Shown one piece after another: positions 8,804 to 17,348 of a DNA stretch of 46,841 nucleotides. The DNA is taken from positions 1 through 46,841 of the forward strand of contig JAYVQD010000516.1 in NCBI GenBank assembly GCA_043777275.1, read 5' to 3'. Under the pieces are notes generated by a model, which was not told where the DNA came from, made no database searches, and saw only the letters and a list, made by a program, of their open reading frames with translations. The stretch is from Nitrosomonadales bacterium (GTDB lineage: Bacteria; Pseudomonadota; Gammaproteobacteria; Burkholderiales; SG8-41). Position 1 is the first letter of the stretch. Each line of letters opens with the position of its first letter. Both the position numbers and the translations under genes were made by a program.

Positions 8804-9307
8804 GTGAAAAAAGTAGTTTATCCTATGCTCGTAGTCGCCGCGGCGGCAATAGGGCTGTTGCTGTATAACGCGACATTTAACAAATCGATTACACCGCAGG
8901 TGACGTTTGTTTCGATCAAGGGCGAGCGCATCACGGTGGCTGATTTGCGCGGCAAGGTGGCGCTGGTCAATTTTTGGGCCACCGATTGCGCGATCTGCAT
9001 CAAAGAAATGCCGCAACTGGTTAAAACGCATCAGAAATACCAGTCACGCAGATTTGAAACCATCGCCGTGGCGATGCGCCACGATCCGCCGAACTACGTG
9101 CTCGCGTACGCCGAGAAAAACGCGCTGCCGTTCAAGGTGGTGCTGGATCCGATGGGTGAAATCGCCAAAGCATTTGGCGACGTGAAGCTCACGCCGACGA
9201 CGTTTATTATCGATAAGCGCGGCAACGTGGTGAAAAAAATTGTCGGCGAGCCGGATTTCAAAAAACTGCACGAACTGCTGGAGAAGAAGCTGGCGGAACC
9301 GTCTTGA
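8804..9307 (+). CDS. TlpA/redoxin-family thiol:disulfide oxidoreductase (membrane-anchored)
   Basis: N-terminal TM segment. Thioredoxin-fold motif NFWATDCAIC (CxxC) and TPTTFIIDKRG. The GTG at 8804 is preceded by GAGGA. Confidence 0.75.
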   Translation: MKKVVYPMLVVAAAAIGLLLYNATFNKSITPQVTFVSIKGERITVADLRGKVALVNFWATDCAICIKEMPQLVKTHQKYQSRRFETIAVAMRHDPPNYVLAYAEKNALPFKVVLDPMGEIAKAFGDVKLTPTTFIIDKRGNVVKKIVGEPDFKKLHELLEKKLAEPS

Positions 9308-9590
9308 ATCGATGTAGCGGTCGTGGCTTGATGTGGCTGGGAATTGTTGGTTCCGACCCTGAAGAGACATTCACTGTGACTACCATCGGCGTCTGGTATT
9401 CGGCCAAAGCGGACGACAAGATTCGTTGATATAGGCGATGGCCTATGTCCGCTTCCACATCCCAAACAGCTACTATCGACCCATCTCGGAAACGGCCAAT
9501 AGCCACTATTGCGGTATTCAAGCTCTTAACCGCTTTCTTGGCGCAATACGCGTGTTGCGCAGAATAAGCTCAAAAGGGGAGGGGTGAACG

Positions 9591-9947
9591 ATGCGTATAG
9601 AAAAGGTAAGAATCGAAGGTTTCCGGCTGCTCGAAGATGTCGAGATCATGCTGGAACAGACATCTACGGTGATCGTCGGCAGAAACAATAGTGGGAAGAC
9701 ATCGTTAACTGATGTCTTCGACCGTTTCGCGGGCGAAGCGGGTCCTCGTTTTCGCCTTGAGGATTTTTCCACCGACATTCGTTCCAAGTTCGTTGCGGCT
9801 AAGGCATTACGAGATGGCGGCGCCTCGCCGGAAGCTGTGCTCTCCGCGCTTCCCAAGATTGCGATCACGCTGTCCTTCGCCTATGACGTCGGATCTGCTG
9901 ATCTAGATAGATACGGGCAATCATTGGGGGAGGCTACGAGAGAATAA
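9591..9947 (+). pseudogene. N-terminal fragment of an AAA_15/OLD-like (Septu PtuA / Gabija GajA-type) ATPase
   Basis: MRIEKVRIEGFRLLEDVEIMLEQTSTVIVGRNNSGKTSLTDVF is the typical N-terminus plus Walker A of SMC-like defence ATPases, which normally run to 500 aa or more. Here the ORF stops after 118 aa, with no Walker B or C-terminal domain in any frame downstream. It has a strong RBS (GGGGAGGGG). Confidence 0.55.
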
Positions 9948-10014
9948 CCATTGACCTGATAATTTGGCATCCGACAAAACTGCTAACCGTCATGTGGAAT
10001 TTGATCTCTTATAG

Positions 10015-11133
10015 CTAAACGGGCTCAAAAGAGCCTTCTTTGGTCTTTCGCGTTAGCACGCGAGTACTACCAAAACCTAGCGTTCCGTGAGTTACGTAGC
10101 AGTACTCGAACAATAGGATATCTTCGAGACCATCACCGTTAAAATCCGCTCTTGCTACCTCAATCAGCTGATGCCCCATACCATGAGGCTGAGCAACATG
10201 TAGCAGATTCTGCCTTACCCTTTTAATTACAATTGTTCCGTCGGTAACTTTGCTCTGATACGTCGCTGTGATATCCGTATTAGTTGTTTCCTCGCATAAA
10301 CGTGGGAACAAAGTAAACGGCATGAGTTCAATATCTATGATTCCCACTCTGGGCTCGGCGATAAAACTAACTTGCGGCGTGGATGCAGCCTGAAGCGCCG
10401 AAAGTAGGCCGCATTGATGCTCGAAGAAAGTTGCCATCTTGATATCGAAAGTCGTACAGGCAAAGAAGCCCGCTCTGATCGATTCGCAGTACTCCCGACA
10501 CGTTCGAACGTAAACATTCTGACCGGCATTGTTGGACAGCGCGACGCCATCGATATGATCGTTTTGCCCCAGCCTGATTGGTCGGTCACGGAGCGTCTCG
10601 ATTTCGGCTCTTGCTATCGTCCGAACTTCAGTCGCATCGGCGAACCGTAGTCCTTCGATGAGCTGAAAAATCTCCTCCGGTCGCTCGACGTGCTCCTCGA
10701 TTATGGTAGCAACTTCAGATGGATCAAGTTCGCCACGTTCGAGACACTGCTGGAGAAGTATCAGTGCCTTACCGCGAACGTTGCGTCTTTCGATCTTCGC
10801 AAGATGCTCCTCTATCGACTTCCGCTTACTAGAGGCCAAGCCCATGAAGAAATGGGTATGGGGAACATCGAGCACTAATGACGCCTTCTGTAGATTCGCA
10901 CCGGGACGGCTCGGCAGAAGATTCTCGTACTCAAAGATGTCGAAGGTATCCGGCAGGTGGAGTACATTACGAATGCGTTCCAGTTCAATCGGGTCGTCCG
11001 CCAGACGCTCTGGAAGGATGTGATCGACGTGAAAGCTACTAACATCAAGTAGCTCTCTCGTGTAAGCGCACTTTTTCTCATATGCCAGCCAGAGGGCCTC
11101 TCGTTGCGACGCGCTAAACTTCTGGTTGGACAT
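10015..11133 (-). CDS. HNH-nuclease-domain protein with a large uncharacterised C-terminal region
   Basis: N-terminal HNH pattern: KKCAYT...FHVDHILPE...YENLLPSRPGANLQK (H-x-D-H ... N ... N-x-x-K). The remaining ~290 aa match nothing I recognise, apart from an FG-GAP/VCBS-like stretch ADFNGDGLEDILLF near the C-terminus. Lower-GC coding sequence. Confidence 0.6.
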   Translation of the reverse strand: MSNQKFSASQREALWLAYEKKCAYTRELLDVSSFHVDHILPERLADDPIELERIRNVLHLPDTFDIFEYENLLPSRPGANLQKASLVLDVPHTHFFMGLASSKRKSIEEHLAKIERRNVRGKALILLQQCLERGELDPSEVATIIEEHVERPEEIFQLIEGLRFADATEVRTIARAEIETLRDRPIRLGQNDHIDGVALSNNAGQNVYVRTCREYCESIRAGFFACTTFDIKMATFFEHQCGLLSALQAASTPQVSFIAEPRVGIIDIELMPFTLFPRLCEETTNTDITATYQSKVTDGTIVIKRVRQNLLHVAQPHGMGHQLIEVARADFNGDGLEDILLFEYCYVTHGTLGFGSTRVLTRKTKEGSFEPV

Positions 11134-11247
11134 AGATATCAGTGAGCCTTTTCTTTATGCTCTAAGACGTTACACCCGTCAGGACACTGGGGCAAACTCG
11201 CGAATCCGCAGTTAACGTTTCCATCTACCCTTAGATAGGCGTGCGTT

Positions 11248-12216
11248 TCACTGCGCCTTAATCCCCGCCTCCCTGATAATCCCGCCCCACTTCACAATTT
11301 CCGAGCGAATAAACGCAGCAAATTCATCAGGCCGTCCGCCCACCACTTCGGTGCCGGTCGATGTCGCCAGCTCGCGCACGTCCGGCGAATTGAACACGCG
11401 TACCAGTTCCCGATTTAACCTTTGGATCACCGGCGGCGGCACGCCCGCCGGTACAAAATAGCCGCTCCACGCGCTGGCCTCGACGCCGGGCAGCCCGCCT
11501 TCCGCCATGGTCGGCACCTCGCGCAGCACCGGCAGGCGCGTGCGTCCCGACACGGCCAGTCCGCGCAGCTTGCCTGATTTCACATGCGCCATGATGACCG
11601 TCGCCACCAGATAGCCGGTGGTGATCTGCCCGCCGAGCAGGTCGGGCATTTCGGCACCCACGGATTTGTAGGGCACATCGAGTATGTGGGTGCCGCTTTT
11701 CTGTTTGATCCACTCGCCGAGCAACTGCGTGATGCTGCCCGGCCCCGCCGAGGCATAGGTGAGCGCGCCGGGTTTGGCTTTGGCGATCTGCAAATATTCC
11801 TGCAAGGTATTCGCGCCCACGCCGGGGTGCACCACCATCACCAGTGGCGACAGACTGAATTGCGCCACAGGCGCCAACTCGTGGTTAAGCCGGGCGGTTG
11901 AATTGGGATGCAGCAAATCGTTGATGGCGTTGTTGATCAGCGCCGACATCAGGGTGTGGCCGTCGGCTTGCGCCATTGCCGCTTGCTGCGCGGCGATGCG
12001 TCCATTGGCGCCGGGACGGTTATCGACAATGACGTGTTGACCCAGCGCCTCGGCGAGCTTGGGCGCGATCTGGCGCACGCGCACGTCGGGCGCGCTGCCG
12101 GCGATGGTGGGCACGATGATTCTGAGCGGTTTGCTGGGGAAGTTCTGCGCGGGGGTCTGACCGGCAACCGCCAGCAAAGTTAAAGCGCAAATAGCTTGCA
12201 AAGGCAATATTGTCAT
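11248..12216 (-). CDS. Bug-family (TctC-like) substrate-binding protein
   Basis: Signal peptide, then FPSKPLRIIVPTIAGSAPDVRVR...YASAGPGSITQL...DVPYKS. Confidence 0.85.
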   Translation of the reverse strand: MTILPLQAICALTLLAVAGQTPAQNFPSKPLRIIVPTIAGSAPDVRVRQIAPKLAEALGQHVIVDNRPGANGRIAAQQAAMAQADGHTLMSALINNAINDLLHPNSTARLNHELAPVAQFSLSPLVMVVHPGVGANTLQEYLQIAKAKPGALTYASAGPGSITQLLGEWIKQKSGTHILDVPYKSVGAEMPDLLGGQITTGYLVATVIMAHVKSGKLRGLAVSGRTRLPVLREVPTMAEGGLPGVEASAWSGYFVPAGVPPPVIQRLNRELVRVFNSPDVRELATSTGTEVVGGRPDEFAAFIRSEIVKWGGIIREAGIKAQ

Positions 12217-12388
12217 TGGATTCTTGATTGAACGCGATGCGGTGGCGGGACGACAATGTGCCTCTGTGGGGTGAGTGCGTCAAGTAACGGATTTCGACTA
12301 TGTTGCTGATATGGGTCACCCTTGAGTCACCTTTGGATCACCATTTTCCGGCCGCGCAAGGTGATGCGACGTCCTTAGTATCAACATG

Positions 12389-12417
12389 TTGCAACACTGC
12401 AGGGATGTGCCTATACT
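12389..12417 (+). promoter_or_regulatory. Candidate sigma70 promoter of the mazEF-like pair
   Basis: TTGCAA (12389-12394), a 17-nt spacer, then TATACT (12412-12417). AAGGAG at 12433-12438 and ATG at 12445 follow. Confidence 0.45.
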
Positions 12418-12444
12418 GGCAGCACCTTTTTCAAGGAGACGCTC

Positions 12445-12705
12445 ATGGAAGGCACCGTAAAAGTGGGCCAGACTGTTCAGGAATGGGGCAACGGCCTCGC
12501 CGTGCGGATCACCGCGCCGGTGGCCAAGGCGGCGAAACTCACGCGAGGGCAGCCGATCACCATTGAGGTGGTAGCGCAAGGTGTCTTGATTCGCTCGACG
12601 GGCAAACCGCGCCTGACGCTGGCGCAGAAGTTGAAGGCATTCGATCCGAAGATTCATGGTGGCGAAGCTATGAAGAGCGGACGTGTTGGACGAGAAGTGT
12701 TCTGA
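12445..12705 (+). CDS. mazE: AbrB/MazE-type antitoxin
   Basis: SpoVT/AbrB swapped-hairpin motif VQEWGNGLAVRITAPVAKAAKL. 86 aa. Stop overlaps the toxin start (TGATG). Confidence 0.75.
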   Translation: MEGTVKVGQTVQEWGNGLAVRITAPVAKAAKLTRGQPITIEVVAQGVLIRSTGKPRLTLAQKLKAFDPKIHGGEAMKSGRVGREVF

Positions 12706-13073
12706 TGCCTGCGGTCAGCAAACTGTGGGTGCCTGATCGCAGGGATATTATCTGGATAGGCTTTAATCCACAGGTAGGCCGCGAGATGAAAGACGAGCAC
12801 CCGATGCTTGTTTTGTCGAACAGGATATTTAATGAACGAACTGGGATCGTTATTGGCTTGCCGATGACACACGCAGCCTTCAACGACACAAACCCGTTTG
12901 CCGTGAAATTCGCCGGCGCAAAGGGTGAAGTCGGTTATGTGCTGTCACACCAGCCGAAATCATTTGACTGGCGGCTACGCGGTGCGCGGCCCCACCTTTG
13001 GAAGCAGGTTTCGCCGAGCGTGTTTCAGGCGGCATGCGAAGAACTGAACGGCATTATTGCGATTTGTTCGTAG
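12705..13073 (+). CDS. mazF: MazF/PemK-family endoribonuclease toxin
   Basis: VPDRRDIIWIGFNPQVGREMKDEHPMLVLSNRIFNERTGIVIGLPMT fits the PemK fold consensus. 122 aa. Confidence 0.8.
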   Translation: MPAVSKLWVPDRRDIIWIGFNPQVGREMKDEHPMLVLSNRIFNERTGIVIGLPMTHAAFNDTNPFAVKFAGAKGEVGYVLSHQPKSFDWRLRGARPHLWKQVSPSVFQAACEELNGIIAICS

Positions 13074-13133
13074 GATTGGCGTGGAAGCGCCGGATCGCGT
13101 TGTCGCGCGCATGCCATAGCGTACAATCCCCCC

Positions 13134-13985
13134 ATGAAACCTCCCAAACGCCTGCAATCCCTGATCGAAGAAGGTCTGATCGACACGGTGGTGCTGCAAC
13201 TGATGAGCGGCAAAGAGGCTGCGGTTTACGTGGTGCGCTGTGGCGACGACACGCTGTGCGCCAAGGTCTACAAAGAGGCGACGCACCGCAGCTTTCGCCA
13301 GGCGGTTGATTACACCGAGAACCGCAAAACCAAAAACAGCCGCCAGGCGCGCGCGATGGCCAAGGGCTCCAAGTATGGCCGCGAGTCGCAAGAGGCGGCG
13401 TGGCAAAGCGCCGAGGTGGATGCGCTGTATCGCCTGGCCGCCGCCGGGGTGCGCGTGCCCGCGCCGCATAATTTTCTGGATGGCGTGTTGCTGATGGAGC
13501 TGGTGACCGATGAAAACGGCGAAGCGGCGCCACGTCTGAATGATGTGATGTTCACGCCCGAGCAGGCACGCGCGCAGCATGCGATGCTGTTGTTGCAGGT
13601 GGTGCGCATGTTGTGTGCCGGTGTGGTGCATGGCGATTTATCGGAGTTCAACATTCTGCTGGGCGCGGAAGGCCCGGTGATTATTGATCTGCCGCAGGCG
13701 GTGGATGCCGCCGGTAACAACCATGCGCAGCGCATGCTGCTGCGCGATGTGGTGAATCTGCGCGATTTCTTTGGCCGCTTTGCGCCGGAGTTGCTGCACA
13801 CCGATTTTGGCCCGGAGATCTGGGATTTGTATCATCGCGGTGAACTCACTACCGAAACGGTGCTCACCGGCACGTTCGAGCGCGAGGCGGGTGAAGTGGA
13901 TATCAGCAGCGTGATACGCGAGATTGAAGATGCGCGTATGGAAGAAGCCGCGCGGTTGCTTCGGATGCAGACGGCGGAGCAATAA
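13134..13985 (+). CDS. RIO1-like atypical serine protein kinase (bacterial RIO)
   Basis: SGKEAAVY (ATP loop), catalytic HGDLSEFNIL, metal-binding IIDLPQAV. 283 aa. Confidence 0.8.
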   Translation: MKPPKRLQSLIEEGLIDTVVLQLMSGKEAAVYVVRCGDDTLCAKVYKEATHRSFRQAVDYTENRKTKNSRQARAMAKGSKYGRESQEAAWQSAEVDALYRLAAAGVRVPAPHNFLDGVLLMELVTDENGEAAPRLNDVMFTPEQARAQHAMLLLQVVRMLCAGVVHGDLSEFNILLGAEGPVIIDLPQAVDAAGNNHAQRMLLRDVVNLRDFFGRFAPELLHTDFGPEIWDLYHRGELTTETVLTGTFEREAGEVDISSVIREIEDARMEEAARLLRMQTAEQ

Positions 13986-13987
13986 TA

Positions 13988-14004
13988 TAAGTATATGTTT
14001 TTAA
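13988..14004 (+). repeat. AT-rich 17-mer, copy 3 (one substitution: TAAGTATATGTTTTTAA)
   Basis: Starts 3 nt after the RIO stop. 24 nt separate it from the next ATG (14029), with AAAGGGG in between. Confidence 0.85.
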
Positions 14005-14028
14005 ACAATATTATCTAAAGGGGTCAAC

Positions 14029-14952
14029 ATGAAAGCGGCTTACTTCAATAAACACGGCGGGCCCGAGGTGATGGAATACGGCGAGATCAAAGACCCGGTC
14101 GCCGCGCCGGGTCAAGTGCTGGTGGATGTTCACGCCGCCAGCGTCAACGGTGCCGACTGGAAAGTGCGCGCGGGTTCGTATGCACCGATTACCGACTTGC
14201 CGTACATACCGGGCCGCGATTTCTCCGGCGTGGTGTGCGCCTTGGGTGCGGGCGTGACCGATCTCAAAGTCGGCGACGAAGTGTTCGGTGTGTGTGATGT
14301 CGGGCTGGAGCAAGCCTACGCGGAGAAGGTTGCGATCAAGGCGTCCATCGTGGCGAAAAAACCCGCGAACCTGTCGCATGAAGATTGTGCCGCGCTGGCG
14401 CTGATTGGTTTGACTGCGCTGGTGTCGATTGAAGACACGCTGAAAATAAAATCCGGCGAAACGATTTTGATCCATGGCGGCGCGGGTGGCGTGGCGAGTT
14501 TTGCGATACAGGCGGCCAAACATATCGGCGCGCGCGTCATCACCACCGCGAGCGCGGCCAATCACGATTATCTGCGCAAACTCGGCGCGGATCAGATCAT
14601 CGATTACAACAAAGAAGATTTCACCAAGGTCGTTTCAGGCGTAGACGCGGTGTTCGACACCGTGGGCGGCGACGTGACGCAACGCTCGTTCGCCGTGCTG
14701 CGCGCGGGCGGGCGCGCGGCGTCTATCGCGGCAGGGCAAGCCGCACCAGTGTCGCCGCGCGCGGACGTGCAATCGCTGCGCCCGAAAGTCGGGCGTGATC
14801 GTGAGCATCTGGAGCGCATCGTCGCGCTGGTCGCCAGCGGCGCGGTTCGCGTGCCGGAGATTACGCTGTATAAATTATCCGAAGCCGCCGCCGCGCATAA
14901 GGTCAGCGAGGGGCGTCACTTTCGCGGCAAGCTGGTGTTCAAGGTTCGGTAA
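14029..14952 (+). CDS. NADPH:quinone oxidoreductase / zinc-independent MDR-family oxidoreductase
   Basis: The PGQVLVDVHAASVNGADWKVRAG, GETILIHGGAGGVASFAIQ Rossmann motif and KLVFKV tail are typical of Qor-like MDRs. Confidence 0.8.
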   Translation: MKAAYFNKHGGPEVMEYGEIKDPVAAPGQVLVDVHAASVNGADWKVRAGSYAPITDLPYIPGRDFSGVVCALGAGVTDLKVGDEVFGVCDVGLEQAYAEKVAIKASIVAKKPANLSHEDCAALALIGLTALVSIEDTLKIKSGETILIHGGAGGVASFAIQAAKHIGARVITTASAANHDYLRKLGADQIIDYNKEDFTKVVSGVDAVFDTVGGDVTQRSFAVLRAGGRAASIAAGQAAPVSPRADVQSLRPKVGRDREHLERIVALVASGAVRVPEITLYKLSEAAAAHKVSEGRHFRGKLVFKVR

Positions 14953-14957
14953 GCATC

Positions 14958-15929
14958 GTGCGCGCGATAACGGTCACGTGCATGGCACTGCTGCTCACGG
15001 CAGCGGCCGTGACGGCACAGGCGCAGGTGTGGCCCGAAAAACCCATCCGCTTGGTGGTGGGTTTTCCGCCGGGCGGCTCGGGTGATTTTATCGCGCGCAA
15101 TATGGGCGAAGAGATGAACCGGCTGCTTGGCCAGCAGATCATCATCGATAACCGTCCGGGTGCGGGCTCGAATATCGCTTCCGAAATCATTGCGCGCGCC
15201 AATCCCGATGGTTACTCGATACTGCTCGGCGGCAGCTTCAGCCACGCGGTCAATCCCACGCTCTACAAAAAGCTGCCGTTCGATGCGGAAAAAGATTTTT
15301 CTCCGATCACCAAGATCGCCAATTTCACCACCATCATCGCGGTTTATCCGAAGCTGCCGGTCAATACCCTCAAGGAACTGATTGCGCGCGCAAAAGCGGA
15401 GCCGGGCAAATTGAGTTACGGCACGCCGGGTGCGGGCACGCCATCGCATCTGGCCGGCGTGATGCTTAATATCATCGGCGGCATCAACATCGTGCATGTG
15501 CCGTTCAAGGGCGGCGGGCCGTCGCTGGTGGCCACGCTGGCGGGCGAGGTGCCGGTCATCATCGCCACGCCGCCGGTGGCACTGCCGCAAGTCCGCAGCG
15601 GCAGGCTGCGCGCCTTGTCGCTCACCACGCGCAAAAATTCGCCGATCATTCCGGGCATACCCGGCACCGAAGAAGCCGGGCTGCCAAACTTCGATGTCGG
15701 CGGCTGGTGGGGCCTGTGGACGCCCGCGCGCACGCCGTCTGCGGTGGTCAACAAGCTGTTCGACACCGCGCACAAAGTGTTCGGCGCGCCGCACATCCGC
15801 GAACGTCTCGCACGCGAGGGGCTGGAGATCGAAACCTCGGCGTCGCCTGCGGAATTCGCGGCGTTCATCCGCAAGGAAATTCCGTTCTGGGCGAAGGTGG
15901 TGCGCGAGTCCGGCGCTACGGCCGATTAG
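14958..15929 (+). CDS. Bug-family (TctC-like) substrate-binding protein
   Basis: Signal peptide, then WPEKPIRLVVGFPPGGSGDFIAR...YGTPGAGTPSHLA...HVPFKG. GTG start at 14958 (alternative ATG at 14982). Confidence 0.85.
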   Translation: MRAITVTCMALLLTAAAVTAQAQVWPEKPIRLVVGFPPGGSGDFIARNMGEEMNRLLGQQIIIDNRPGAGSNIASEIIARANPDGYSILLGGSFSHAVNPTLYKKLPFDAEKDFSPITKIANFTTIIAVYPKLPVNTLKELIARAKAEPGKLSYGTPGAGTPSHLAGVMLNIIGGINIVHVPFKGGGPSLVATLAGEVPVIIATPPVALPQVRSGRLRALSLTTRKNSPIIPGIPGTEEAGLPNFDVGGWWGLWTPARTPSAVVNKLFDTAHKVFGAPHIRERLAREGLEIETSASPAEFAAFIRKEIPFWAKVVRESGATAD

Positions 15930-15971
15930 CGTTCCCGCTCGCGGGTCGAAAACCGGTTGCGCCCGCTTTGA

Positions 15972-16826
15972 TTAAAGCGTTACAACACCCGCGCCTAATT
16001 CAATGACCTGCCCGCCGACATAGATACCACCACTGGTATCCACATCGAGCAGCAGCCGGGATGGGCGCGATATGACTTCGCCCTGACGGATGATGCGCTT
16101 CACGGGTAGCGGCGCTTTGCGTGCGACGTACCAGCCACCGAGATTGGCCGCTGCGCTGCCGGTGCCGTGATCCTCGGATAACGCGCCGTGCTTTAACAGA
16201 AAAAACCTTACGCACAATTCACCGCCACCGGCATCGGCCCACACATAAATCTTGGTTACGTCATCTGCAGCCTTCTCAGCGGCCATGCGCGCAGCGTCGG
16301 GCTTGCAGCGTCGCACGGCATCGGCACTTTTTAAGGGCACGACCAATTGTTCGTTACCGGTGTTCACCCACAACAACGTGTCTGAAATATCCGTGGCGTT
16401 GATGCCGAGTGTTTGCGCCAGCGACGCCAGCGTCTGCGCATAGGGGCGCGTTTGCGGCGCGTTGGCTTTGAGCGTCCACTGGTCGCCGCATGCGCTGACG
16501 GGGATTACACCCGCGCCGGTCTCAAGCGTTATTTGATCGCCTGCGCCGGTGAGCGCGCGCACCACGTGCGCGCTGCCCAACGTGGGATGCCCGGCAAAAG
16601 GCATTTCAAACGCGGTGGTGAAAATGCGTATGCGCGCGGTGGCTTGGTCCGACGGCAACACAAACACGGTTTCCGACAAATTCCATTGCAGCGCGAGCGA
16701 CTGCATGGTTGCGGTATCGAGTCCGCGTGCATCTTCAAACACGCAGAGCGGATTGCCGGTCAGTCGCGGCTGCGCCGACGAGGTGTCGGCGAAAACGTTG
16801 ACGATACGGTAGTTGTATTGAGGCAT
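15972..16826 (-). CDS. PhzF-family isomerase-like protein
   Basis: VNVFADTS...TGNPLCVFED...SETVFVL...EMPFAGHPTLGSAHV is the PhzF signature. Confidence 0.85.
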   Translation of the reverse strand: MPQYNYRIVNVFADTSSAQPRLTGNPLCVFEDARGLDTATMQSLALQWNLSETVFVLPSDQATARIRIFTTAFEMPFAGHPTLGSAHVVRALTGAGDQITLETGAGVIPVSACGDQWTLKANAPQTRPYAQTLASLAQTLGINATDISDTLLWVNTGNEQLVVPLKSADAVRRCKPDAARMAAEKAADDVTKIYVWADAGGGELCVRFFLLKHGALSEDHGTGSAAANLGGWYVARKAPLPVKRIIRQGEVISRPSRLLLDVDTSGGIYVGGQVIELGAGVVTL

Positions 16827-16840
16827 AGAAAATTATCCTT

Positions 16841-16856
16841 TTAAAACAAATAGTTA
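16841..16856 (-). repeat. AT-rich 17-mer, copy 4 (degenerate: one base shorter, one substitution)
   Basis: The minus strand reads TAACTATTTGTTTTAAAAGGATAATTTTCTATG, that is, motif, then AAGGA, then the phzF-like ATG. Confidence 0.7.
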
Positions 16857-16883
16857 TGACGCTCTTCGAGGGCGTGTGTTTGG

Positions 16884-17294
16884 GTGCCGGCTGCCGCGAC
16901 CGCTTGCTATGGGGAATTTGAATCGAAACGCTGCAATGCAATTGACGACAACCCATTTGTTCGACGGTCTTTCCATGCGGCAAGCCGGATGGCGAGATCT
17001 TGCGTAGGCACGAGACGCGCAAACTGTTCGCTTTCGATATGCAATCCTTCTCCTATGCTGGTGTTGATGCTGCGGGTTACCGCCGTGAGGATCGCGCTGA
17101 TCGCCCCGACCCTCGCCAGTGGCGCTCTGGTCGCGCCGCTTCAGCAGGCACAGTTCAAGTCCAGGCGGGCGGATCGCGGCTACTGGCTGATAGCGGCGCC
17201 GGCAGCGCGCGAACATCCGCAAGTGCGTACCTTCATGAAATGGCTGACGACAAAGGCCGCGCCGCTGGCGCGCAGCGCAGGTGAATCACAGTAG
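16884..17294 (+). pseudogene. Probable remnant of a LysR-type regulator (C-terminal effector-domain tail only)
   Basis: The C-terminal ~60 aa (RIALIAPTLASGALVAPL...GYWLIAAPAAREHPQVRTFMKWL) resemble the end of GcvA-like LysR proteins. No HTH domain is present in any frame, and upstream similarity is scattered across frames. Confidence 0.4.
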
Positions 17295-17348
17295 CCGGCG
17301 TCGTTTCGTTGCCGATCACCTTGAACAACGCAGCCCTACGCAGGGACA

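Noticed and set aside
9258-9521. An 87-aa minus-strand ORF, plus small + strand ORFs (about 33 and 49 aa), in the unassigned 9308-9590 DNA of the low-GC islet.
   Set aside because: There are no recognisable motifs or convincing RBS. The 87-aa ORF overlaps the TlpA-like gene's 3' end. They may be relics, but cannot be supported from sequence alone.
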